NCBI RefSeq assembly: GCF_000007225.1
Contig: NC_003364.1
Coordinates: forward strand, 1,020,001 to 1,052,000
Direction of reading: 5' to 3'
Length of the DNA stretch: 32,000 nt
Origin: Pyrobaculum aerophilum str. IM2
Lineage (GTDB): Archaea > Thermoproteota > Thermoprotei > Thermoproteales > Thermoproteaceae
Shown here: one piece after another, positions 24,757 to 32,000 of the stretch
Numbering within the stretch: position 1 is the first letter of the stretch
Layout: each line of letters opens with the position of its first letter
The notes under the pieces: model-generated
The model's input: the letters and a program-made list of their open reading frames with translations, nothing else
Database searches by the model: none
What the model was told of the DNA's origin: nothing
Made by a program: the position numbers and the translations under genes

Positions 24757-25063
24757 TCACCTCGCCTGTGTAGATATAAATGCGTAAGCCCAAGGCTTGC
24801 ATTGCCCATTCGAGAAATTGCCTAAGGCTCTGCGATGCGTCACGTACTATGGCGACTAGAGTTGCGGTGCCCCACGCGTATTTGTAGGCAAGCGCTTGCC
24901 CTATTCCGAGGTGTACCCGGCTCGCGCACTCCACCTCGGTGGGCACCCCGCCGCATATGAGGTCAGGCCTCACTTTCATAAAGCCGAGATCTAAGTCTGA
25001 GGGTTCCGAACAGCCGAGCCTTTCCTTTATGACAGGTATGTGCTCCCTCTCGGCGCAGTCCAT
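24710..25063 (-). CDS. hypothetical protein, possible degenerate PD-(D/E)xK nuclease fold
   Basis: 117-aa ORF starting 2 nt after the Rpp29-like stop. VRPDLICGGVPTEVECASRVHLGIGQALAYKY resembles the hDhh...hhExK...Q...Y layout of restriction-endonuclease-like proteins but lacks the Lys. It overlaps the convergent ParA-like 3' end by 47 nt. Confidence 0.4.
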   Translation of the reverse strand: MDCAEREHIPVIKERLGCSEPSDLDLGFMKVRPDLICGGVPTEVECASRVHLGIGQALAYKYAWGTATLVAIVRDASQSLRQFLEWAMQALGLRIYIYTGEVITPLNVRKPPSSLRT

Positions 25064-25065
25064 GT

Positions 25066-25308
25066 CTAGAATTTGCCGCAGTTGAATAGCCTCTTATCGC
25101 GGTACCCCACGAGGTACCTCCCGTTTATTAAAAGCCCACTTTCGTGGTCGAAAAAGTGGCAGAGAAATTTTGGAACTGTGACTACTCTGCCGCCGGCTAA
25201 AATTAGGAATGTGTTGTATGTCTCCCCCACGACGACCCCCCTAACGTCGTAAGGGCACTTATATGTAAATACCTCTCTCCCCAGCAAGTCGATACAACTA
25301 AAAGGCAT
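25066..25308 (-). CDS. rnp1: RNase P protein component 1 (Rpp29/Pop4)-like, unusually short
   Basis: 80 aa. LLGREVFTYKCPYDVRGVVVGETYNTFLILAGGRVVTVPKFLCHFFDHESGLLINGRYLVGYRDKRL parallels the archaeal Rpp29 core (LiGl.v.V..s....l.GieG.VvdETrNtl.I......k.iPK....f.F.....v.idG..LvgRPE.Rl). It also occupies the conserved position directly after rpl29. Confidence 0.7.
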   Translation of the reverse strand: MPFSCIDLLGREVFTYKCPYDVRGVVVGETYNTFLILAGGRVVTVPKFLCHFFDHESGLLINGRYLVGYRDKRLFNCGKF

Positions 25309-25535
25309 TAAGAACGGCTCTTTGCCTTTTTCAATTCTTCTTCTCTCTCAATCGTAAGTATTCTTGCAATTATCCTCCGTACCTGCCTAATACGGCCTGG
25401 CTTCTCTACAAACCCCCTAGCGCGTTGCGTCTCAAGCCTCACTAGCTCAGCCCGCAACTGGTTGAGCAACTCCCTCCTCTCCTCCGGCTTCATCTCTCTC
25501 AACACCTTGGCCTTAAGCTTCTTTTCAGAGGACAT
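25308..25535 (-). CDS. rpl29: 50S ribosomal protein L29 (uL29)
   Basis: 75 aa. LREMKPEERRELLNQLRAELVRLETQRARG...IRQVRRIIARILTIERE is the canonical uL29 pattern. Its stop shares one base with the next ATG. Confidence 0.9.
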   Translation of the reverse strand: MSSEKKLKAKVLREMKPEERRELLNQLRAELVRLETQRARGFVEKPGRIRQVRRIIARILTIEREEELKKAKSRS

Positions 25536-25573
25536 AGGGAAGGGGGATCCCAGAGTTTAAAAACTTTGACCCT

Positions 25574-26230
25574 TTACGACTGTTGCTGGACGGCCTCCGG
25601 CCTCACTGGCGGTTTAATTTTGTATTCATCTGAATACTGAAGCGTCGCCGGAGCAATCCGTACTTCAATTCCGTAGATGCCGGGTTTTAGAAGGACGTGG
25701 ACAACGGCCCTCCTTACTCTATTCTTGGCGTCATACCCTATTTTATAAAGCTTGCCGTACGTCTGTTTCTCAAAGCGGGCTCTTTCTGTTGATAATTTGC
25801 CGCTGACAACAATCTCGAACCCCTTAGCTCCCGCCTCCATGAGCTGTCTAATTGCGACGAACATCACCCTCCTGAACCTCACGCCTTTAGCCATGGCGTT
25901 GGCAATGCGGTAGGCCACTACCTTGGGGAACATTTCGGGGGCCTCGATTTTAGATATGTCTATTACGTCAATTTGAGGATTCTCGACGCCCAGCTTTGTG
26001 GTTAATATGTTGCTGATCTCCTTGACTATGGCGCCTTTTCTGCCAATTATTCTCGACGGCCTTTCTGCGTATATCACAATGCGCGTGCCGAGGGGAGTTT
26101 TTAAAATCTCGGAGTCTATGTAGCCGTATTTACTCAGTCTATACTCTAAAAACTCCTTAATCATCCACTTCTTTTTATTCTCCTCTAAAATCTTCTTATA
26201 TACTGGCAGCCTCCTCTGAGGAGCAGACAT
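25574..26230 (-). CDS. rps3: 30S ribosomal protein S3 (uS3)
   Basis: KH-domain region (IVIYAERPSRIIGRKGAIVKEISNILTTKLG) and the uS3 C-terminal domain are present. The track ORF extends to 26272. I prefer ATG 26230 (MSAPQRRLPVYKK) because a TATA box sits about 27 nt upstream of it, inside the longer ORF. Confidence 0.9.
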   Translation of the reverse strand: MSAPQRRLPVYKKILEENKKKWMIKEFLEYRLSKYGYIDSEILKTPLGTRIVIYAERPSRIIGRKGAIVKEISNILTTKLGVENPQIDVIDISKIEAPEMFPKVVAYRIANAMAKGVRFRRVMFVAIRQLMEAGAKGFEIVVSGKLSTERARFEKQTYGKLYKIGYDAKNRVRRAVVHVLLKPGIYGIEVRIAPATLQYSDEYKIKPPVRPEAVQQQS

Positions 26231-27286
26231 TGCGACCCAGAGACCACACTGTATATAAATTTTTCCCATCACGCCTCCTAAGGACCTCTGCCCTCCGCCT
26301 ACTCAAAATTATGAATACAATTAGCACAGCCGCTAGCGAAAGGCCTAGGAGAAGCCACGCGCCCCCCTTGGACGCCGGTCCTGGGTATGCCAAGGGCGCT
26401 TTGTCGACGTTATTGCCGTCAATAACATAGGGGGTTTCACATATCTCCGGCACATCTCTACGCGGGGGACACCGCTGGGAGTGCCCTCTACCGTCTGGGG
26501 AAATCCAGACGTTGCCTCCCACCACGCCGCCTCCCAGAATATTAGTACCCGGCGCCGGGCCCACGCTCCACACGGCCTTGGCGCCGCCTATCTTAACGTT
26601 TTCGGAGTTGTTGTAAATTAAAGCGCGGTTTAGGTTAAGTAGAAACAAGCCATATACATTATCCTCTACTCTATTATTATAGACGCGGACGTCGTCAGAC
26701 CTGTCGACTAATATCCCCCTCTCATTACGGGCTATGTAGTTGTCATGAAGCTCGCTTAGATCTGCTTCGAGGAGCTTCACGCTGTATCCGTTAGTGATTA
26801 TGTAGCAATTGGCGACTACATTATTACGCCCGTATATCGCCACTCCGTCATTTCTGTTGTTTTTCACTACGGAGTCTTTAATAATATTACCGGCGCCGCC
26901 AACAATTATGCCGTTCATATTCCCCTCCAGAACTACTTGTGCGACGCGATTCAAACTGCCGAAAATCTGGACGCCGAATGTATATCCGCGTAATAACAAG
27001 TTTTTATCGTCACTCCGTTGGCCTGCACCGACACGCCGACGGCGCGGCCCAAGACGTCGTTGTGACTTAGCGAGTGGTTGAGCCCGTCTAAAACAACTCC
27101 GTCTGTGAAAATGCCTATGCAGTAGCTAAACCCCGAGCCCTCCTTTAGCTGAACGCCCGTTATATTGGCGGCTATTGTGTAGTAACCAGGCTGGTTAATG
27201 TCAGTACAGCTTGAAATAGACACGGCGCCTCCCTCAATTATTAACATATGTAATAAAAGCGCAAGCCTCACACAGGAGTTTTGCAC
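26196..27286 (-). pseudogene. secreted right-handed parallel beta-helix (PbH1/NosD-like) repeat protein with C-terminal TM anchor, split by one frameshift
   Basis: ORF 26951..27286 (signal-like N-terminus, SSCTDINQPGYYTIAANITG...GVSVQANGVTIKTCYY) and ORF 26196..26999 (GYTFGVQIFGSLNRVAQVVLEGNMNGIIVGGAGNIIKDSVVKNNRNDGVAIYGRNNVVANCYI...NNRVEDNVYGLFLL...) form one continuous beta-helix repeat series when joined near 26985. They lie in different frames and overlap by 49 nt. A C-terminal anchor (WLLLGLSLAAVLIVFIILSRRR) is present. Confidence 0.6.
26252..26264 (-). promoter_or_regulatory. TATA-box-like element for the rps3-rpl29-rnp1 transcription unit
   Basis: The minus strand reads AAAATTTATATAC, centred about 27 nt upstream of ATG 26230. 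It is embedded in the 3' end of the beta-helix gene. Confidence 0.45.
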
Positions 27287-27612
27287 ACGTATTTAAGTGG
27301 TGCCCTTGGGCGAAGCCACGCGGGCGCCTAACTAGCCTTCGCCGACCTTAATGCATAAAAATACGGAATTGTACACCTCAAGGTGATGGAAATTCCTTTA
27401 AGGCGATAGATGACCGATTCACCCCTTGCTGATAGGCAGTGGCTATCACAAAGCCGAACACAAAAGCCGAGCTTATAAGCGTCCTGCAGAAGCGGAATAA
27501 CCCCTGACGTAAGTGCTCTTCCCAAGCCCTGCAAGCCTACGTATATGCGCCTCTGAAATACGCCGATTACCACTAGCGCCTTGTGTGTTACGCCGACGTT
27601 GCGCGCGTTGGA

Positions 27613-28170
27613 TTACCGCTTTACTAAGTTCAGCTTATAGCGTTTGGGCAAGACCTCCTTTGGTAGCTCTACTGCCACCAGCTCCACGTTGACGGTCTGT
27701 TCGTCGAATCTAGTGGCTCTGCCAAAGGCCCGCGGCATGATGTTGGGAATTTTAAACCCCTTGTGGGCCGCCGCGTGGACTATAACTACTCTATCGACGT
27801 CAAGGCCCCTAAATCTGGCGTTGTTTTCGAGGTTTTCCAACACTTGGAGAAAGCGTCTTGCCACTTTCACAGGCCACTTGGCAACAGGCCAGCCCTCCCA
27901 AGGAGTGGCGTGGTGGGCCTGTTTCTTTTTAAAAGTCTTAATGGGCACTGGCCTTTTGAGCTTCACCACGTCCTCCAGCCACGTCTTTGCCTGTTTTAAC
28001 GTCATCCCCTTTATGAACCTGGCCACCTCCACGCTCTTCTTCCAAGACATCCTCTGCTCTGGCGCATAGGCCCTAGCGATCTGCTCTGGAGTTATCTTAA
28101 CGCCATAATTCCTAAACACTAACTCTATAATATCCTCGTCGCTTAGAGAGTAGCTCTGATGTCTAGGCAT
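27613..28170 (-). CDS. rpl22: 50S ribosomal protein L22 (uL22) with N-terminal extension
   Basis: 185 aa. [48 protein letters not shown]...[38 protein letters not shown] matches archaeal uL22. Confidence 0.9.
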   Translation of the reverse strand: MPRHQSYSLSDEDIIELVFRNYGVKITPEQIARAYAPEQRMSWKKSVEVARFIKGMTLKQAKTWLEDVVKLKRPVPIKTFKKKQAHHATPWEGWPVAKWPVKVARRFLQVLENLENNARFRGLDVDRVVIVHAAAHKGFKIPNIMPRAFGRATRFDEQTVNVELVAVELPKEVLPKRYKLNLVKR

Positions 28171-28218
28171 AGATCTGGCTAAGTAAGGTGTTTATAAAAT
28201 TTCAGCCTCATAAAGTTT

Positions 28219-29547
28219 TTAATCAACGACATCAGCAGCTATGCGGAGTGGGTAAAACTCATAATCCCCGATCATGTGCTTATACCGCGCTCTGTACACA
28301 CGAAACGCATATCCGCTACCCCTATTGGCATCAGTAGCCACTGTTGCCACGTAGTTTGCTACGCCCCCATAGATCTTGAAGTTAAAAGCCCCGTGCACAT
28401 GCTCAATCTTATCACTGTAGGGCATCCCGAGTATTCGTAAAATCTTGCCGATAAGCACGCCGCCAATACTGCCATCAACATCCAGCGCTGGCTCATTAGT
28501 CAAGACCTCCACGTATCTAAACAGATTGACATTGCCGCCCCTTCCATCTATGCCCCAGTACCACCTAGTCTCTGAAGGTTGGGCTTCGTCAAAGGCCGTG
28601 TTGGGTAGTTGGTCTGTGACTTTCAACGCGATTCTCTGGTTAACGTCAAAAGCCACTTGGGTTGGATATATGGCGAAGACTTCGTCCATTACCAGACAAG
28701 TATTGGGATCGTAGAGCTCATAGACTACATATCGCCATTTCTGCGAGTAGAACAACACAGCAGCGTTTTGCCCATCTTGTGTAAGGACAAACCCTGTTCC
28801 CCCGTCTTGTGAGAGGCTTCCGGTACTCCACGTGTATTCTTTTGTTATTCTAACCGAAGTGCCGAAGTTAAACGCCACTGCTCCGTATAGGTTGAACTTT
28901 AGGGCGCTGCCATTTACGTGATAGCTGAGGTCAACGTATTCGCCGAAGGCTCTGCTTGAGCCATCTCTGAAAGCCACGGCTGGTATAAGCTCTTTTATGT
29001 CCATGTCGGAGGAGTAAATTAGCCGTCCCTCGCTACAGCCGGCGAGCCTAAGGGTCGAGGACTTCTCTGCCCGCCCTGCTCCGTGGAGTTTATACTTCTT
29101 GTTTACAAAGCGCGGAGAGCCCGGCACAACGACATATGGCGCATAGTCCCCAGGAAGGGAAATAGGCAACACTGTGAGCAACGTATTTTCAGTGAGGGTG
29201 GGCTGATCTTCGCCCTTAAGCTTATCCCTCCACGCGTTGGCTTGTTCCGCCAGCCGCTTCTTCGGGATTTTTAACTTGCCATTTTTCACCGAGACTTCCT
29301 CCACGTCGCCTGAGGGCTCCCATATGAGAAACGCCGAGAAGTCCAGCGGGCTCCCCTCCTCGTCCACAAACTCTAAAATTACGTCGTCTGCGCTGGGCTC
29401 CTCGGAGATCTTCTCAAACCAGAAACCCCCAGGCTGGCCGCGGGGGCTGTGTAACAAGAACCTGTCTGTATGCAACAAGAAACTCGCCGCAGACGCAGCC
29501 AGCGTTGCCCCGGCCACAATTTTGAGGAGGTCCCTGCGCCCGATCAT
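28219..29547 (-). CDS. Tat-signal secreted protein, function unknown
   Basis: 442 aa. The N-terminus MIGRRDLLKIVAGATLAASAASFLL is a twin-arginine signal (RRDLLK plus a hydrophobic region). The remainder is beta-rich with no cofactor-binding Cys/His motif that I can see. Confidence 0.6.
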   Translation of the reverse strand: MIGRRDLLKIVAGATLAASAASFLLHTDRFLLHSPRGQPGGFWFEKISEEPSADDVILEFVDEEGSPLDFSAFLIWEPSGDVEEVSVKNGKLKIPKKRLAEQANAWRDKLKGEDQPTLTENTLLTVLPISLPGDYAPYVVVPGSPRFVNKKYKLHGAGRAEKSSTLRLAGCSEGRLIYSSDMDIKELIPAVAFRDGSSRAFGEYVDLSYHVNGSALKFNLYGAVAFNFGTSVRITKEYTWSTGSLSQDGGTGFVLTQDGQNAAVLFYSQKWRYVVYELYDPNTCLVMDEVFAIYPTQVAFDVNQRIALKVTDQLPNTAFDEAQPSETRWYWGIDGRGGNVNLFRYVEVLTNEPALDVDGSIGGVLIGKILRILGMPYSDKIEHVHGAFNFKIYGGVANYVATVATDANRGSGYAFRVYRARYKHMIGDYEFYPLRIAADVVD

Positions 29548-29617
29548 TATTTTGTTGAAAATCTTTTTTTTAAATTTTTCGCCGCTTTAGCTTATATTTC
29601 CAATTCAGCGTTGCCCC

Positions 29618-30448
29618 GTGGCTGTTTGGAAACTTATTAGGGGAGAGCACGGAGTGTTGGCGGCCCTCGCCTCAAGCGCCTCGTACTTAGTGGCCGGGGG
29701 GCGGGACTTTTTCACGCTGGCTCTGCTGGCCGCCTCCACTTTTCTCGCCGAGGCCGGCCTCTTTGCCCATAACGACCTCGCCAATTTAGAAGAGGACAGG
29801 ATTAATAGGCCCCATGCGCCTCTTGTGAGGGGCGAAGTCAGCGCGGCGGCGGCGCGGGCTCTTGCCTACGGGTCTCTGCTGGCCGGCGCCGCGCTAGCCG
29901 CCTTTATTGGCCCCATTCCCCTTGTCATATATCTAATAGCCGCAGTGTTTGGCGTTATTTATAACGCCAGGTGGAAAAGAGTGCCGGTGGTGGGAAATTT
30001 CACAGTGGCCTTTCTCACCTCCATGACATATTTATACGGCATGGCCGCGGCGGGAGGCGCCTCTTTACTGCTCCTCTTATTATTCGCCTCTTCTCTCGTG
30101 GCGAACTTGGGAAGGGAGTTTGTAAAAACGGCGATGGACTACGAAGGGGATATGAAGGCCGGTGTGAGAACTCTGGCAGTATGTGTGGGACCCGGCAAGG
30201 CGGCCGCCCTGGGGGCTTGGATCACCGCGGCGTCTACTGCTTTCGGCTTTTGGCTGGCCTATGCGGCCCTCTCCGGCGGTTTTTACCTCTTGGCACTAGG
30301 CGCCGCGGCGACAAGCATTGCGTTGATTTACTTCGCCGTACTGGCGCTGAGGGGTCTGTGGCAGAAGTACCGCAACGGCACCCTACTGGCCTTCGGAGTG
30401 ACTCTTGTGGCGCTGGTAGCAGAGGCGGTATGGCGACTGTCCTCATAG
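29618..30448 (+). CDS. UbiA-family prenyltransferase (digeranylgeranylglyceryl phosphate synthase-like)
   Basis: 276 aa, polytopic, GTG start. HNDLANLEEDRINRPHAPLVRGEVS is the UbiA NDxxDxxxD/RPL motif. A second Asp-rich region (AMDYEGDMKAGVRTLAV) is present. Confidence 0.75.
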   Translation: MAVWKLIRGEHGVLAALASSASYLVAGGRDFFTLALLAASTFLAEAGLFAHNDLANLEEDRINRPHAPLVRGEVSAAAARALAYGSLLAGAALAAFIGPIPLVIYLIAAVFGVIYNARWKRVPVVGNFTVAFLTSMTYLYGMAAAGGASLLLLLLFASSLVANLGREFVKTAMDYEGDMKAGVRTLAVCVGPGKAAALGAWITAASTAFGFWLAYAALSGGFYLLALGAAATSIALIYFAVLALRGLWQKYRNGTLLAFGVTLVALVAEAVWRLSS

Positions 30449-31113
30449 ACCTCGATGGAACTTTACTGCCGCTAAAGGCCTGGAACCCAGTCTTTGCGGA
30501 GATATCGGCAATTATCGCCAAGAGGGCAGGGGCGGCGCCAGAAGAGGTTTGGATGAGAGTTAGGGAGAAGAACTTGGCCTTGATGAGGAGGCTGGACTGG
30601 CGCGCGTTTGACTGGCAACAGCTATTCACATCAGCGGCCGCCGAGTTGGGGGTGCGGGAGGTGCCGGACGTTGTGGAGGTTTTGCACAGACACTTGCCAA
30701 GCTTCCGCCTAAATGACGGAGCTATAGAGGCCTTGGCAGAGCTCAGGGAAATGGGCTTTAGAGTAGAAATCGCCACAAACGGACACGCGTCGTATCAGCT
30801 CCCAGTGATAAGACAACTGGGTCTAGACAGGCTTGTAGACGGAGTAAGGACTTCAGATGCCTATAAGTGCGCTAAGACGTGCCCCGAGTTTTTCCACAAC
30901 GCCCAGGTGATGATAGGCGACAACCCGGTCTTTGACGTCTACTTCCCCAAGCGGTACGGCCTCAGGGCTATTTTCTTCGGCGACTGGTCTAAAGAGGCGC
31001 CTGAGTATTCAAGACGCCTCTCAATCCCAGCGGAATCTACGCCTCCCGACGAGGTGATTAGGACTCTGAAAGAGGCGCCAGAGGCTGTAAAGAGAGTAAT
31101 GGGCAAAACCTAG
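30430..31113 (+). CDS. HAD-superfamily hydrolase
   Basis: Track ORF 29971..31113 is trimmed to ATG 30430 (MATVLIDLDGTLLP, HAD motif I DxDGT). Motif IV-like MIGDNPVFDV is present. The upstream part of the track ORF is an out-of-frame overlap of the UbiA gene with Arg/Gly-rich junk composition. Confidence 0.75.
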   Translation: MATVLIDLDGTLLPLKAWNPVFAEISAIIAKRAGAAPEEVWMRVREKNLALMRRLDWRAFDWQQLFTSAAAELGVREVPDVVEVLHRHLPSFRLNDGAIEALAELREMGFRVEIATNGHASYQLPVIRQLGLDRLVDGVRTSDAYKCAKTCPEFFHNAQVMIGDNPVFDVYFPKRYGLRAIFFGDWSKEAPEYSRRLSIPAESTPPDEVIRTLKEAPEAVKRVMGKT

Positions 31114-31580
31114 CTTTTAGGCAGGCACCAAAGGCCCCTCTCCTTCTGGACGAAACCCCGCTTTCGAAGCATTACGCTGTTTAAGTTCTTTCCATAGTAT
31201 TTTCTAATCTCGGCAAATGTCAAGCAGCCGTCTGGCCTTTTGTTGGCCTCTCTAATAACAGCCTCCCAGCCGCCGCCAACTTCGGCGCTGGCAATTTGTA
31301 TATGGCGCAAGGCCTCTTTCACGGCCTTTTCTACCGAGTGCGCCACGCGCCTCTCCAAGTCTCCCACGTTGCGCGACAAAGCCTCCTCTACTATTTTGCC
31401 AACCCGCTCCTCTAAATTAAGCGATGCCATTACCTCCTCTACAATTTCCCTAATCCGTAGTTTACACGGCTGTTCTAAGAGTTTTATTATCACCTCGTCA
31501 AAGGGGGCGTCTGGCCTCGGGAGCAACCTCCTGAGCCGCTCTACCAGTGAGGGGTCGCGTATTTCTATGTGCATCGGCAA
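31110..31580 (-). CDS. hypothetical protein (helical, charged middle; possible C-terminal wHTH)
   Basis: 156-aa ORF with good coding texture and a convergent 4-nt overlap with the HAD gene. No family recognised. Confidence 0.45.
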   Translation of the reverse strand: MPMHIEIRDPSLVERLRRLLPRPDAPFDEVIIKLLEQPCKLRIREIVEEVMASLNLEERVGKIVEEALSRNVGDLERRVAHSVEKAVKEALRHIQIASAEVGGGWEAVIREANKRPDGCLTFAEIRKYYGKNLNSVMLRKRGFVQKERGLWCLPKS

Positions 31581-31626
31581 GAAGTATATAAAACTATATA
31601 AAGATTACGAGTGTAAAGAAGAGGGG

Positions 31627-31992
31627 TTACCCTTTTGTTTCTCCTGCCATTTTTTTCGCTAACGTGTAAATAACCGGTACTAACAACAATGCGGCGGCAA
31701 TGGCGATGCCCCATGCCACGTTTTGAATCACGTGTGCGGCTTGTGGGAAGTTGGCAAATATTGCACCTAGGCCTACCATTAAGAATATCAGATAAACTAA
31801 GAATTTGGCATACGGCGCAGCGCTGGCGAATTCTGGGTGATCTTCTATGATGTTCCTAACTACTGTGTGTCCTATGAATATGCCTGCACCTATAATCACA
31901 GTGCCGAGAATAAGCGGGTACACGAGAGGCCCGGTGAACAACATTAAGTCAAGCGCAATGGACACTATCAATGCGATGAGGCCGATGAGCAA
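31627..31992 (-). CDS. small polytopic membrane protein, function unknown (start may lie beyond the right edge)
   Basis: About 121 aa with 4 hydrophobic helices. The track start is a TTG at 31992, and the frame stays open to the window end. Confidence 0.5.
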   Translation of the reverse strand: MLIGLIALIVSIALDLMLFTGPLVYPLILGTVIIGAGIFIGHTVVRNIIEDHPEFASAAPYAKFLVYLIFLMVGLGAIFANFPQAAHVIQNVAWGIAIAAALLLVPVIYTLAKKMAGETKG

Positions 31993-32000
31993 GAGGTTGC

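Noticed and set aside
26231-26272. 14-codon N-terminal extension of rps3 (MMGKIYIQCGLWVA)
   Set aside because: The extension contains the TATA-like element itself and is not uS3-like. ATG 26230 has correct promoter spacing.
27374-27480. Possible minimal (type T) RNase P RNA. On the plus strand, GGAAAUUCC after a CACC-UCAA-GGUG hairpin resembles CR-I (GGAAAGUCC after P3). ACAAAAGCCGAGCUUAUAAG resembles CR-V (ACAGAAnnCGGCUUA).
   Set aside because: The two elements cannot form helix P4 because the strands are not complementary. They lie only about 65 nt apart. No flanking sequences can pair as P1 or P2. I treat it as chance resemblance unless a covariance-model scan says otherwise.
27328-27573. 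81-aa track ORF in the rpl22 / beta-helix spacer
   Set aside because: The composition is Cys/Arg/Leu-rich and low in complexity, with no start context or promoter. The region is better explained as noncoding or structured RNA.
29971-30429. N-terminal 153 codons of track ORF 29971..31113
   Set aside because: It lies out of frame over the UbiA gene and has Arg/Gly-rich junk composition. The HAD motif I (DLDGT) follows immediately after the internal ATG at 30430, which is the real start.

Overview
Gene-dense chromosomal segment (about 33 protein genes, one tRNA) from a hyperthermophilic crenarchaeon. It is most likely Thermoproteaceae (Pyrobaculum-like). That assignment is inferred from gene content: archaeal-type ThrRS with editing domain, membrane H+-pyrophosphatase, A-type ATPase subunit I, an archaeal rpl22/rps3/rpl29/Rpp29 block, TATA boxes about 25 nt upstream of start codons, and many 1-4 nt gene overlaps. 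Most of the window is housekeeping: pgk, thrS, AdoMetDC-like, tRNA-Ser(UGA), mobB, padR, myo-inositol-1-phosphate synthase, an HdrD-like Fe-S oxidoreductase, a GTPBP1-like GTPase, hppA, atpI, ribosomal proteins, a UbiA prenyltransferase and a HAD hydrolase. I see no rRNA, CRISPR array, transposase or integrase. The least ordinary region is 14.6-20.8 kb. There a divergent pair of orphan genes (125 aa and 912 aa) sits beside a frameshifted tandem paralog of the small gene. A third, decayed and 5'-truncated copy of the small gene lies in inverted orientation on the far side of hppA. This looks like a lineage-specific repeated gene module, possibly the paREP2a/2b family described for Pyrobaculum aerophilum (from memory, unverified). 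The 912-aa protein carries two LAGLIDADG-like segments. Other points of interest: a solo Cas4-family nuclease overlapping the GTPase gene; a frameshifted beta-helix surface-protein gene plus a 326-bp noncoding spacer between rpl22 and rps3; a very short Rpp29-like ORF followed by a nuclease-like ORF; an orphan ParA-like ATPase; and several secreted or membrane orphan proteins. All functional calls come from motif recognition by eye and no database search was possible.
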